NCBI GenBank assembly: GCA_046262595.1
Contig: JBHEMM010000002.1
Coordinates: 31,701 to 95,700 of the forward strand
Direction of reading: 5' to 3'
Origin: Vulcanimicrobiaceae bacterium
GTDB lineage: Bacteria > Vulcanimicrobiota > Vulcanimicrobiia > Vulcanimicrobiales > Vulcanimicrobiaceae
Length of the DNA: 64,000 nucleotides
Each line of letters starts with the position of its first letter. The stretch's first letter is position 1. Below the pieces are notes generated by a model. It saw nothing but the letters and a program-made list of their open reading frames with translations. It made no database searches and was not told the origin of the DNA. Both the position numbers and the translations under genes were made by a program. Below are positions 17,912 through 27,683 of this stretch, one piece after another.

Positions 17912-19108
17912 CGCAGTAGCTGCCCGCATGCGCGCGATTGCGATATTGGCCGCCATCGCAATCCAGGCGACCGCGCCGAAGACCGCACCGCGCGCCGCGA
18001 CGCTTGGATTGCCTTGGACGAGCGCGGCGGCGACGATAGCGACCGCCATTTGAAACGCGGCCCACGAATACCACGATAGCCTCGTTTCCAGCAAAGCGCC
18101 CGGCGGCGTTTCATCCTGGGCACCGCGATAAACGGTTGCGAGCAGACGGATGCCGATGTGGTACACGTGCGCGTTGACCATCTGGCCCGCCCACCCCATG
18201 AGCAGCACGAAGACATAAGCGCGCTGCCACGGTTCTCCCGCAAGCACGCCGCACCCGAGTCCCAGCGCGAGCAGCAGCCACAGCACGCTTGCAGCGATAA
18301 ACGCCTGCGGAGGACGATGCGGATTGGCGGCGCGGCGAAGAATATCGAACGTGTCGAATGCGTAAACGAGCGCTGCGGCGGCGAACAGCGCGCCGCCGGC
18401 CCACGACACGCCTGCTGCAAGCAGCAGCGCGCCGAGCAAACCGCAGACGCCCGCAATAATGTGGACCCAGCGAAAACGCGTCCCCGACGAACCGCTCATC
18501 GGTTTGAAGGTACGCATCGAGACGCCGAAGATCAGCAGCGTGAGCCATCCGATCGTTCCCAAATGGGCGTGCGCGCGCGCGAGGCCGCCCACCCACACCG
18601 GCACGCGCGCACCGGCCAGCATCCAGGCAAGCCCGAAGCCGGCCAGCGCCGCCGCGAACAAGAATGCGAACGTTCCGCCGAACGCGCGTGCAACGGCGCG
18701 CTGCACCGGTTCGCCGCGCAACGCGCCGCCTATGGTTGCGAACGCACCGGTCAAGTAACCGAGCAGCGCGATGAGAATGATGCTCGCAGCGGCGCCCAGC
18801 AGCGCCGGGTTCCATAAAAATGCGGCGATAAGCCCGGCGACGCCTGCGGCAAAGAATGTGATGCACCAGCGTGCGAACGATTGGCCGCGCCACGGCGTGT
18901 CGATGAAGTTCGGCAGCGCATGCAGCAGAATCGCGAGCGCTGCGGTCGTGATCCACGCCAGCGCGACCGTGTGTATCCACGCAAACGCGAAAAGCGGATT
19001 CGTAAAATTACCCGTCCACGCCGCAGCGAAGACCAGCCCCCACGAGAAGCCGTGCGCCAGCTGCGCGAAGAGCAGCGCGAGCGGCGGAATCCAGTGGCGC
19101 TTCAACAC
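17900..19108 (-). CDS. Polytopic membrane protein (about 12 TM; NnrS-like, tentative)
   Basis: 402-aa highly hydrophobic ORF with conserved-looking His residues (AHAHLGTIGW, NAHVYHIG). The family assignment is from memory only. Confidence 0.55.
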   Translation of the reverse strand: MLKRHWIPPLALLFAQLAHGFSWGLVFAAAWTGNFTNPLFAFAWIHTVALAWITTAALAILLHALPNFIDTPWRGQSFARWCITFFAAGVAGLIAAFLWNPALLGAAASIILIALLGYLTGAFATIGGALRGEPVQRAVARAFGGTFAFLFAAALAGFGLAWMLAGARVPVWVGGLARAHAHLGTIGWLTLLIFGVSMRTFKPMSGSSGTRFRWVHIIAGVCGLLGALLLAAGVSWAGGALFAAAALVYAFDTFDILRRAANPHRPPQAFIAASVLWLLLALGLGCGVLAGEPWQRAYVFVLLMGWAGQMVNAHVYHIGIRLLATVYRGAQDETPPGALLETRLSWYSWAAFQMAVAIVAAALVQGNPSVAARGAVFGAVAWIAMAANIAIARMRAATASRA

Positions 19109-19124
19109 GGAACGCGCAGGTACG

Positions 19125-20105
19125 CTATGAAACGAGCTCGGCGAAACGCGCTGTATCGACGTTACCGCCGCTAATGACGATGCCCACCGCTTTTCCGGCG
19201 GCCGGTACCGCGCCCGACATGAGCGCCGCGAGTGCGGCGGCGCCGCTGGGCTCGATGACGATTTTCATGCGTTCCATCGCAAATCGCATCGCGTAACGCA
19301 GTTGATCGTCGCTCACCGTAACCACGTCTTGGACGTGTTCGCGCATCAACGGAAAGGTGAGCGCTCCGGGCGCTTGCGTCTGCAAGCCGTCGGCAATGGT
19401 GACCGGTACGTCAATGTGCACGATCTCGCCCGAGCGCAGCGATCGCTGTACGTCGTTACCGGCCTGGGGTTCGACACCGTAAAGCGCGATTGCCGGGTTC
19501 AAACCGTGCGCCGCCACTGCGCTTCCCGAGATGAGTCCGCCGCCGCCCACGGGCGTGAGCAGCATATCCGTCTGCGGAACGTCCTCAAGCAACTCAAGGG
19601 CGGCGGTTCCGGCACCGGCAATGATCTGCGGGTCGTCGAAGGGCGGTACGAGCGTGGCACCTCGCTGAGCGCACAGGTTTTGCGCGATTTCCGCGCGGTG
19701 CGAGCGGTGACGATCGTAGAAGATCACCTCGGCGCCATAGCCTTTCGTCGCCGCGGCTTTCGAGGCCGGCGCATCGGCGGGCATGACGATAACCGCCGGA
19801 ACGCCCAGCAGCCGGCACGCCAGCGCAACACCTTGCGCGTGGTTGCCGCTCGAAAAAGCGACGACGCCGCCGCGCCGCTCTTGGGCGCTGAACTGCACGA
19901 TGCGATTGTATGCGCCGCGAAATTTGAAAGCGCCCATGCGCTGAAAGTTTTCGCATTTTAGGTACACGCGCGCGCCGGTCTGCTCGTCGAGTGTGCGTGA
20001 GGTCATTACCGGCGTGCGGTTTGCGACGCCGCGCAGCCGCGCCGCAGCGGCGCGGACGTCCTGCAGCGTTACGAGTTGCTGGCCGCAGGCGCTGCGTGTA
20101 TCCAC
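19125..20105 (-). CDS. PLP-dependent threonine/serine dehydratase family enzyme (serine racemase / hydroxyaspartate ammonia-lyase-like)
   Basis: The PLP-lysine motif KCENFQRMGAFKFRGA, SSGNHAQG and the glycine loop GGGGLISG are present. Confidence 0.85.
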   Translation of the reverse strand: MDTRSACGQQLVTLQDVRAAAARLRGVANRTPVMTSRTLDEQTGARVYLKCENFQRMGAFKFRGAYNRIVQFSAQERRGGVVAFSSGNHAQGVALACRLLGVPAVIVMPADAPASKAAATKGYGAEVIFYDRHRSHRAEIAQNLCAQRGATLVPPFDDPQIIAGAGTAALELLEDVPQTDMLLTPVGGGGLISGSAVAAHGLNPAIALYGVEPQAGNDVQRSLRSGEIVHIDVPVTIADGLQTQAPGALTFPLMREHVQDVVTVSDDQLRYAMRFAMERMKIVIEPSGAAALAALMSGAVPAAGKAVGIVISGGNVDTARFAELVS

Positions 20106-20461
20106 CAGTATTGTACCTTTCCGTCGCTGCCGGTCTTCATCACTTCATGGTACGTGCTTTTCTCGAACGTCACGTCGAAACAGTCGTAGCCGGTCTTATC
20201 GCACCACGCCGCGGTCGTCTGCTTAAGGCCCTTGTATTTCCCCTGCGCGTTGAGTTCGTCGGAAAGCTCGGCCACGCGTATGCGCGTGATCTCGCCTTTG
20301 ATCGACGGGTCGAGGTCGCCCATGACCGGCTGCATGTCGTTCGCGATAACCGCTCGGGTAATCTTGTCGGCCTCGTGCTCCGCGCGGTTTCCCGCACAGC
20401 TTGCAAGGCTAAGTGCTGCCAGCGCCAGCGCCGATATTCGTTTCATCGCTTTGCCCTTCAT
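20069..20461 (-). CDS. Hypothetical lipoprotein
   Basis: The N-terminus [19 protein letters not shown] has a lipobox (alternative ATG at 20446). The ORF overlaps both the prfC 3' end and the dehydratase 5' end. Confidence 0.6.
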   Translation of the reverse strand: MKGKAMKRISALALAALSLASCAGNRAEHEADKITRAVIANDMQPVMGDLDPSIKGEITRIRVAELSDELNAQGKYKGLKQTTAAWCDKTGYDCFDVTFEKSTYHEVMKTGSDGKVQYWWIHAAPAASNS

Positions 20462-22034
20462 CCAAGTTCGTGAACTCTACAAACCGCAAGGCGGAATTCC
20501 ATTCCTGCGCGAGACGCAAGCTCCACTCCGATTCGAACAGCGCGACCGGCTGCCCGTCCCAATCCTCGACGAGTTTTGCGTTCGAGGGAAACTGAGCGCG
20601 CGCGATCGTTTGTTCCTCGCCTGCGACGCGCCGCGCCAGACTGTACGGCATTGCGGAAAACTGCGTTTTGACGTTGTACTCGGACTCCAAACGGTATTTC
20701 ACCACCTCAAACTGCAGGGCGCCCACCGCAGCGAGAACCGGTTCGGTGCGCATTGAGCCGAACGGATACATCACTTGAATGGCCCCCTCTTCGCGCAGCT
20801 GAGCGATGCCCTTCCCGAACGATTTGTATGCCGATGTGTCGATACTGCGGACGGATGCAAAATGTTCCGGGGCGAACGCGGGAACGCGTTCGAAACGAAC
20901 CTTCTGCCCTTGGCTGACCGTATCGCCGATGGCAAAGACGCCGGGGTTGGCCAGGCCGACCACGTCGCCGGCGTATGCGGCATCCAGCGACTCGCGTTCG
21001 CTCGCAAAAAGACGCATCGCGCGCGAGAGGCGCACTTCTTTGCCGGTACGCGCGTTGCGCACAGTCATGTCTCGCTCGAACTTACCCGAACAGACGCGCA
21101 AAAAGGCTACGCGGTCTCGATGGCGCGGATCCATGTTGGCTTGGATTTTGAAAACGAAACCGGAAAATTCGGGCGAGGTCGGCAGCACGCCGCCGCGCGG
21201 CTGCGGAGGCGGGCTCAATGCGGTAAAGCTGTCTAAAAACAACTGCACGCCGAAGTTGGTCACGGCGCTGCCGAAAAACACCGGCGAGACGTCACCGCGC
21301 AGCATCGCCGCGCGGTCGAATCCGGCGCCGGCGCCTTCGAGCAGTTCCAAACCGTCGCGGAACTGCGCATATGAATGATCGTCAAGCAGCGCTTTAATCT
21401 GCGGATCGTCGATATCGGCAACTTTCACGTTCGCGCGCTTGGAACCGTGCGCGCTGCGCTCGAAAAGGTGCACGTCCCTGGTCTGCCGGTCGTAAACGCC
21501 GGCAAAAGACGGACCGCTCCCCAACGGCCAGTTCATCGGAAACGCGCCGATGCCCAGAACGCTCTCCAATTCGTCGAGCAATTCAAGCGGATCGCGGCTG
21601 GGCCGATCCATTTTGTTGATGAACGTAAAGAGCGGAATGCGCCGCGCGCGGCAGATCGCGAACAGCTTTTTGGTTTGCGGCTCGACGCCTTTGGCGGCAT
21701 CGATCAGCATGACGGCGCTGTCCGCCGCCAGGAGCGTGCGGTACGTGTCCTCGCCGAAGTCTTGGTGACCCGGCGTGTCGAGCAGATTGATCGTGTAGCC
21801 TTCGTATGGAAACTGCAGAACGGTGGAGGTGATTGAGATGCCGCGCTGCTTCTCAAGTTCCATCCAGTCGCTCGTTGCGGCGCGCTGCGCCCGGCGCGCG
21901 GAGACTTGCCCGGCCGTTTGAATCGCGCCGCCGTAGAGCAGCAGTTTTTCGGTCAACGTCGTCTTACCGGCGTCCGGATGCGAGATAATCGCGAACGTGC
22001 GCCGCCGCTCGACCTCTTCGTCGATCGTGCTCAT
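20409..22034 (-). CDS. prfC: Peptide chain release factor 3
   Basis: GTPase motifs [20 protein letters not shown] and NKMD are present. The length (541 aa) and overall sequence are typical of RF3. Confidence 0.95.
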   Translation of the reverse strand: MSTIDEEVERRRTFAIISHPDAGKTTLTEKLLLYGGAIQTAGQVSARRAQRAATSDWMELEKQRGISITSTVLQFPYEGYTINLLDTPGHQDFGEDTYRTLLAADSAVMLIDAAKGVEPQTKKLFAICRARRIPLFTFINKMDRPSRDPLELLDELESVLGIGAFPMNWPLGSGPSFAGVYDRQTRDVHLFERSAHGSKRANVKVADIDDPQIKALLDDHSYAQFRDGLELLEGAGAGFDRAAMLRGDVSPVFFGSAVTNFGVQLFLDSFTALSPPPQPRGGVLPTSPEFSGFVFKIQANMDPRHRDRVAFLRVCSGKFERDMTVRNARTGKEVRLSRAMRLFASERESLDAAYAGDVVGLANPGVFAIGDTVSQGQKVRFERVPAFAPEHFASVRSIDTSAYKSFGKGIAQLREEGAIQVMYPFGSMRTEPVLAAVGALQFEVVKYRLESEYNVKTQFSAMPYSLARRVAGEEQTIARAQFPSNAKLVEDWDGQPVALFESEWSLRLAQEWNSALRFVEFTNLDEGQSDETNIGAGAGST

Positions 22035-22492
22035 GGCCGCACGAGCGGCGCCTGCGCGGTATAGACACGCAGTTCGTATCCGCCCGCATCGCTTCGCAAC
22101 ACCGCCGTCTGGCCGGGCCCGTCATACAAACGCGCAGGCGGCGGAATGCGCAGATGGTCGGCGCCGCGGTGCACAAAGATCGCATCGCCCGCCACGCGCA
22201 GCGCGCAATCCGCAACCTTCAGGCGCGCGCCGTCCCGTTCCATCGCCAGACCTGCGGGGAGGTGCGCGAGCACATACGGCGGCGGCCCGGTCGTTTTGGC
22301 GACCTGAGTGAAACATTCGGGCAGCGCCGAAAGCGCCCATGGTGCATCGCCGGCGACATTCGTGTGCGGGCGCGGCAGCGGCCGGTGTGTCTGCGACGCT
22401 TTTGGCGGCACGCTCGCATAAACCGAGGCAATCTTCAAACGGATGCGATCGCGGTTCACCCATCCCGCGGCGGCAACGAACGCGAACAGCAC
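22031..22492 (-). CDS. Hypothetical membrane-anchored protein (start uncertain, possibly CTG at 22534)
   Basis: The ORF has an ATGA overlap with the prfC start. The hydrophobic anchor continues upstream of the annotated GTG (in-frame [15 protein letters not shown]). Confidence 0.55.
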   Translation of the reverse strand: MLFAFVAAAGWVNRDRIRLKIASVYASVPPKASQTHRPLPRPHTNVAGDAPWALSALPECFTQVAKTTGPPPYVLAHLPAGLAMERDGARLKVADCALRVAGDAIFVHRGADHLRIPPPARLYDGPGQTAVLRSDAGGYELRVYTAQAPLVRP

Positions 22493-22517
22493 GATTGCGG
22501 CCGCCGGCGGAATGTAC

Positions 22518-23630
22518 TTAAGCAGCGCTTTCAGCCGCTTCCGTGAGCTGCTCGGGATCGCCCAGCGTCAAACGCGCGGCGCCGATCGACCAGTCCGCCA
22601 TGCCGTAGTAAAAGTCGAACGTGCGCGCGCCGAGGTCGGGACGCGGATCGATCGCCGTCGGGAAAACCACGTTATCCACGATGCCGCGCCGTTCGCGGTC
22701 GCCTTCGGGCGCGAGCACGGGCTCAGGCGAACGATAGATCACTTCGTGCGGCCGCTCGAAGTCGTGAATCATGATGCCGGCGCTGTAACGCATCTTGGGT
22801 TTGGTGCCGGTGGCGTCGAGCACGTCGACCGCGTGAAAGAGCGACATCCATCCCTCGGCGATGTGCACCGGAGGCGTGCCGGCGCCGATCTTAAGCGATC
22901 CCCATTGCGCGTCCGGCGACATCACCAGGGTGCTCTCGTGCACGTCGAGCAGTTTGCCGATGTCGGCAAGCACCGGCTCGAACGGAACGTATCCCATACG
23001 GATCGACTCGCGATCGCCGAACGGCATGCGTTCGATCATTGGAATGGCGGCGCGTCCGTCGACGGCGGAGAGATGCAGCATCGGGCGGTGATAGAACGCG
23101 AGCGACTTCACGCCTTCCGGCGAGATGACGGGTTCGGGAAAAAACGCGGCATCCTTATCGTCGCCGATGTGCATGCCCGGCTTATCGAAATGCATCAAAC
23201 CCAAACGCTTCCACGTGAATGCATCGCCAGAAACCGCCAGCGCGATGCGCGGGCCTTGCGGTCCGAACGCGGTGTACGCCATCACGTAAGCGTCAATGGC
23301 GGCGATGAAGGTGACGCGCGGATCCTCGCATCCGTAACCGGGGTTGGCGCGCACTTCGTATTCCGCGTGCGGTTCGAGCGCGAAGCCGTCGCGTTCGAAG
23401 ACGAAACGGTCGCGCTCCGGCTTGCCTTTGACTAACCCGACGCGCGAAATATTGCCTTTCGCCACATCACGCGGGTACAGCAGCAGTTCGTTTCGCCGCG
23501 TGCGCGCGGAGGCCGGATTAAGCGTGCCTTCCGCATCGGACGGGTCGCCGCCCGGTTCGAGCGCAAGCTGAAGCCGCTCGACGTTCGCTTGGAACGCGCC
23601 AGCGCGCTCGGCAGACGTCATGCGGTGCAT
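22518..23630 (-). CDS. Glycoside hydrolase family 130-like (mannoside phosphorylase / DUF377) protein
   Basis: GCEDPRVT, YVMAYTAF, DDKDAAFFPE, GAGTPP and FYYGMADWSIG are GH130-like segments. An alternative ATG at 23621 gives an ATGA overlap with the alr stop. Confidence 0.75.
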   Translation of the reverse strand: MHRMTSAERAGAFQANVERLQLALEPGGDPSDAEGTLNPASARTRRNELLLYPRDVAKGNISRVGLVKGKPERDRFVFERDGFALEPHAEYEVRANPGYGCEDPRVTFIAAIDAYVMAYTAFGPQGPRIALAVSGDAFTWKRLGLMHFDKPGMHIGDDKDAAFFPEPVISPEGVKSLAFYHRPMLHLSAVDGRAAIPMIERMPFGDRESIRMGYVPFEPVLADIGKLLDVHESTLVMSPDAQWGSLKIGAGTPPVHIAEGWMSLFHAVDVLDATGTKPKMRYSAGIMIHDFERPHEVIYRSPEPVLAPEGDRERRGIVDNVVFPTAIDPRPDLGARTFDFYYGMADWSIGAARLTLGDPEQLTEAAESAA

Positions 23631-24598
23631 TTTCCCAAAGCAGTAACGATCTCGTGCGGCAAACGCGCGGCTTGCGCCGCAAAAGCGTCGAGGTCGGTCG
23701 AGAGATCGATCACGCGCACAAATGCGCGCTCTTGATCGACGCGCGCTGCGCGAACGGTTATATACTGCATGCCAACCGATAAAATATCGTCCGTGCGCTC
23801 AAGAGTCTTAGGCAGGCCGTCAGCATACCCGCACCGGGCCGTCGCTATACGCTCCGTCATCGAGAGCATGGTACCCCCATATCCCAGTCTCGTCCCTGCC
23901 GCCAGCTCCTCGATGCGCACGACCGGCGCGCTGACGCGCAGCGCACAGCGCACGCCGGGCACACGCGCGCCGCCCGTTGCTCCGAACAGACCGATGCCCA
24001 CACGCACGGCTGAACCCGCGCGACAGCCGGCGGCCAGCGGAAATGTGCTCGCGACATCCGTTCCGGCGATGTGCACGCGCGCGGTGCGCAGCATGGCTTC
24101 GACCGCTTGAAATGCCGTCAGCTGCTCTGCAGCCGCCGCAGGTTCGGTAAGATGCGTCCAGAGACTGACCGCCGCGCCGCTGTGGGCCAGAACCGGCGCC
24201 AGCGCCTCCAACTCCCGCCGCGAAAAACCGCTCCACGCCGCAGCGGGCCGCACGCCTAAACGCACGCTGCCGGCTTGCATCGCAGCGGCAACGTCGGCGG
24301 CATGCTCGAGCGATGCCGTCGCGTTCGATTGCTTGAGTTCCGGGAAGTCGCCCGCGGCAACGCCGCTCATGACGATTGCGCGTTTCGCCGTATGCGCGCG
24401 AAGTTCGCGCAGCTCTTCCATGTCGCTCACGCAAAACGCATCAGCGAACGGTTCCACAACCGGGACGACGCGCTCAAGTCCCCAACCGTACGCGCGCGCT
24501 TTCACAACGGCGTACAATTGCGCCGGCGCGCAGAACGTGCGCCACGCGCGCGCGTTTGCGGCGAGCGTTTCGCCGTCCAGTGCAATCAGCGGCTGCAT
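23618..24598 (-). CDS. alr: Alanine racemase
   Basis: The start is an internal ATG at 24598 (MQPLIALDG), in an ATGA overlap with the upstream gene. The PLP-Lys motif is AVVKARAYGWG, followed by GYGGT and CGYADGLP. Confidence 0.8.
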   Translation of the reverse strand: MQPLIALDGETLAANARAWRTFCAPAQLYAVVKARAYGWGLERVVPVVEPFADAFCVSDMEELRELRAHTAKRAIVMSGVAAGDFPELKQSNATASLEHAADVAAAMQAGSVRLGVRPAAAWSGFSRRELEALAPVLAHSGAAVSLWTHLTEPAAAAEQLTAFQAVEAMLRTARVHIAGTDVASTFPLAAGCRAGSAVRVGIGLFGATGGARVPGVRCALRVSAPVVRIEELAAGTRLGYGGTMLSMTERIATARCGYADGLPKTLERTDDILSVGMQYITVRAARVDQERAFVRVIDLSTDLDAFAAQAARLPHEIVTALGKCTA

Positions 24599-25056
24599 CA
24601 GGGCAGCGTCGTTGCGGCGATGGGTTGCCCGGAAGGCGTGACGACTTGCACGCGCACGCCGCGGCGGTACACGGAGTTCGGCACGATCCACAAGGTGTAG
24701 GTGCGGTACTTTTGCGACGGTTCGCCGCCGTCGCCGGGCGCCGCCTCAAACGCAACGACTCGCACGCCGTTCGGATTCGCGCGGATGGATTCAATGATCT
24801 GCTTGTAGCCGCTGCGCTCGTGCGGGCCCATAAGCAAAATGACGCCGAACTCTTTGCGGAAACGGACCGGCGCACGCACGCCGAAATGCTCGAGCGCCGG
24901 CGCATCGCGCACGACGGCAATTTCGCTTCCGGAACCGGTAACGGGCGTCGTGCCCGCCGATAGGGTCCGCACGCGCACGTCCCGGCACCCGGCGAGCAAG
25001 ACCAGGGCAAGCAGGGGCCAAAGGCGCTTCACGAGCTGGGCGTTCGCAGTTGTCAC
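24598..25056 (-). CDS. Hypothetical lipoprotein (PrcB-like C-terminal domain guess)
   Basis: The N-terminus LWPLLALVLLAGC has a lipobox. The 152-aa ORF is translationally coupled to alr. Confidence 0.6.
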   Translation of the reverse strand: MTTANAQLVKRLWPLLALVLLAGCRDVRVRTLSAGTTPVTGSGSEIAVVRDAPALEHFGVRAPVRFRKEFGVILLMGPHERSGYKQIIESIRANPNGVRVVAFEAAPGDGGEPSQKYRTYTLWIVPNSVYRRGVRVQVVTPSGQPIAATTLP

Positions 25057-25087
25057 GCGGTGCCCTCCGGGTGCATTCTATAAGGAC

Positions 25088-25831
25088 ATGATCATCGGAC
25101 CGCTCGTGCTCGCCGCCGCGCTGGCAGCCGCTTCGCCCACGCCGCAGCCCTCGCCGGCGCCGGCGTTGAAAACAATCGCCACCGTGCGTTCCAGCTCGCG
25201 CTGCGCCGAGATCATCACGCACGCGAACAGCGCCATCGGGACGACACTCGCCAACGACCTGCTCGTCGGCCGCACGATTGCCGCGCTTCGCTACACGAAC
25301 TTGGATGACGGCAATCCGATCCACCGGCGCAACGGTTTAAATGCGCTCGGCGACATGGCGAAAACGCTCACGCAGCAAGCACGATCGGGTGACGACGAAG
25401 TCAAACGGTTACGCAAACTTTCCGGGCAGACCAAAGACGCCGCGCAGGCCAAAGAATTGAAAGACTTTGCCGACGAGCTCGGCGGAGCGCTGTGGCGCCA
25501 GCAAAAGATCGCGCGCGACGTAAACGGGCTTTTGGCATACGAAGACATGAAGGACATGGCGGCGCTCGGAGAGTCCGACCGCAACATCAACATCGCGACG
25601 GTCGGCGTCGCCGATCCGCAATCCGAACTTCCGCGCGACTTCGCTGCGCGCGATGCGGCGGGACGCTTCTACGATCCGTTCCCGGCAGGCATCGGGCACG
25701 ATCCCAACGATCCGACCGCCACGCAGTACGCCAAGGCCGCCGCCGACGATTTCGCGGGCCGCATTCACGACATCATCCACGACGAGACGCAAGCGGCCGG
25801 GCATATCGACGGCGCCGTGCAAAACTGCTGA
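25088..25831 (+). CDS. Hypothetical secreted protein
   Basis: The start is an internal ATG at 25088 preceded by AAGGA. The N-terminus MIIGPLVLAAALAAASP is signal-like. I recognise no family. Confidence 0.6.
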   Translation: MIIGPLVLAAALAAASPTPQPSPAPALKTIATVRSSSRCAEIITHANSAIGTTLANDLLVGRTIAALRYTNLDDGNPIHRRNGLNALGDMAKTLTQQARSGDDEVKRLRKLSGQTKDAAQAKELKDFADELGGALWRQQKIARDVNGLLAYEDMKDMAALGESDRNINIATVGVADPQSELPRDFAARDAAGRFYDPFPAGIGHDPNDPTATQYAKAAADDFAGRIHDIIHDETQAAGHIDGAVQNC

Positions 25832-25891
25832 CGGCCGCCAGCCGACAAAATCATTGTCCGCGCTGCGCCGCGGCCGTACACTTGAAACCTA

Positions 25892-26788
25892 GTGAAAACC
25901 CTTGGCCGCCTAAGCCTGGCCGCGGTCTGCGCGGCGTATGCCGAGGTGTTGCTCGGTAGTTGGACCCGCATCAACGGCGCCGGCATGACGTGCCCGGATT
26001 ATCCGCTATGCCGGGGGGCCGTCATTCCGCAAATGGGCGGCGGGACCGTGTGGGAGTGGACCCACCGCCTGCTCGCTGGCATCCTCTCGCTGCTCGTGCT
26101 GGCCGTCCTCGGCCAGGCCTGGCGCCTGCGCGCAGGGGTGCGCTTTGCCGTCCCCGCCGGCGCCGTTATTGCCGTGCTCTTCGGCTTTCAAGTGTTTCTG
26201 GGCGCCGCCACCGTCCATCTTTCGAACAGCCCGGCATCCGTCGTCTGGCATTGGGGCACCGCGATGGCGTTTGTTGCCTCGCTCTGCGTGATGGCGATCC
26301 TCGCTTTCGGCGCGGCGACGCGCACGCGTACGCCGCGGCCGGACGGGCTGCTGCGGACCGTTCTCGCGATCAGCGCGATGATTGCATTTCTCACGATGTG
26401 CGTCGGCGCGTATGTGAGCTCGAGCGGTGCAGGGCTTGCCTGCATCGATATTCCGGGATGCGCGGGGCGCGTCGTGGTATATACGCCGGGCCAGTATGTG
26501 CAGATGCTTCATCGTTTCATTGCAGCGGCTTGCCTTTTGAGCGCGAGCGTTGCGTTCGCGCTGGCATGGGCGCACGGCATCAGCACACGCCTGCGCCTCG
26601 CGACAACGCTCGCGTTCGTGCTCGTCCTCGTGCAAGTGCTCCTCGGGCTGCTCAACGTCGCGCTGCGCTTGCCCGTCGATCTGCGCGAAGCGCATGCGGC
26701 GAACGCGGCGCTCGTTTTCCTCGCGTTCGTCTGCGCCACCGCGTTCGCCGTGCTCGAGAATCAACGTGAATACATTCGCGCCCGCTGA
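25892..26788 (+). CDS. ctaA: Heme A synthase (COX15/CtaA family)
   Basis: The gene uses a GTG start. GMTCPDYPLC, multiple TM helices with conserved His (WTHRLLA, MLHRFIA), and the adjacent ctaB support the call. Confidence 0.85.
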   Translation: MKTLGRLSLAAVCAAYAEVLLGSWTRINGAGMTCPDYPLCRGAVIPQMGGGTVWEWTHRLLAGILSLLVLAVLGQAWRLRAGVRFAVPAGAVIAVLFGFQVFLGAATVHLSNSPASVVWHWGTAMAFVASLCVMAILAFGAATRTRTPRPDGLLRTVLAISAMIAFLTMCVGAYVSSSGAGLACIDIPGCAGRVVVYTPGQYVQMLHRFIAAACLLSASVAFALAWAHGISTRLRLATTLAFVLVLVQVLLGLLNVALRLPVDLREAHAANAALVFLAFVCATAFAVLENQREYIRAR

Positions 26789-27683
26789 ACGCGCGGTCTC
26801 CGCGCGGGCCGCGTGGCTGTTAAACATGCTCGGCGATTACTACGAGCTCGGCAAACCGCGCATCATGTATCTGCTGCTCGTGACGACCGCAGCGGCGATG
26901 ATTATGGCGCAGCGCGGCATTCCGCCTTTACCGCTGTTCGGTTGGACAATGCTTGCAGGGGCGCTGGCCGCCATGTCGGCGGGCGCGCTGAACTGCGTTT
27001 ACGACCTCGATATCGATCGCATCATGAAGCGCACGCGTTCGCGGCCGTTGCCCGGCGGCAGACTGACGATCTTTCAAGCGACGGCGCATGCATGCATGAT
27101 GGGCGTGCTCTCGTTTGCGATCTTTTATCTGCGCGTCGATCACTTAGCCGCGTGGCTGTCGCTCGCCGGCAATGTGTTCTACGTGGTCATGTACACGATG
27201 GTGCTCAAAAGGCGCACTGCGCAGAACATCGTCATCGGCGGCGCAGCGGGCGCCGTTCCTCCGCTGGTCGGCTGGGCCGCGATAACGCACGCCATCGGCG
27301 GACCGGCAATCGGATTGTTCGCAATCGTGTTTCTGTGGACGCCGCCTCATTTCTGGGCGCTTGCGCTCATGACGGAACTGGACTATCACAAAGCCGGCAT
27401 ACCGATGCTTCCGAATGTTCTCGGCGAGAAACGCACGAAGAATGAGATTGCCGTCTACTCGGTGCTGCTCGTTACGGCGACGCTGGCGCTCTACTGGCCG
27501 CTTCATGTCATGGGCCCGATCTTCGCGGCGGCAGCTGCCGTGCTCGGCGCCGGCTTCTTGCGCGACGCGTTTCATCTGCGCTCGGTGGGCGGTGCGGCTG
27601 CTTCGCGCAAACTGTTTACGTTTTCGCTCGTTTATCTCGCGGCCATCTGCGTGTTCATGGTGATCGACCGGATCGTTTTTTGA
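26766..27683 (+). CDS. ctaB: Protoheme IX farnesyltransferase (heme O synthase)
   Basis: ELGKPRI, the UbiA-type motif NCVYDLDIDRIMKRTRSRP and WTPPHFWALAL are present. The start is either GTG 26766 (overlapping the ctaA end) or ATG 26826. Confidence 0.9.
   Translation: MNTFAPAERAVSARAAWLLNMLGDYYELGKPRIMYLLLVTTAAAMIMAQRGIPPLPLFGWTMLAGALAAMSAGALNCVYDLDIDRIMKRTRSRPLPGGRLTIFQATAHACMMGVLSFAIFYLRVDHLAAWLSLAGNVFYVVMYTMVLKRRTAQNIVIGGAAGAVPPLVGWAAITHAIGGPAIGLFAIVFLWTPPHFWALALMTELDYHKAGIPMLPNVLGEKRTKNEIAVYSVLLVTATLALYWPLHVMGPIFAAAAAVLGAGFLRDAFHLRSVGGAAASRKLFTFSLVYLAAICVFMVIDRIVF

Noticed and set aside
23618-24598. Short alanine racemase (326 aa) considered as degenerate or a pseudogene
   Set aside because: The PLP-binding Lys context (VVKARAYGWG) and the GYADG/GYGG regions are intact, the ORF is uninterrupted, and it is tightly coupled to both neighbours.
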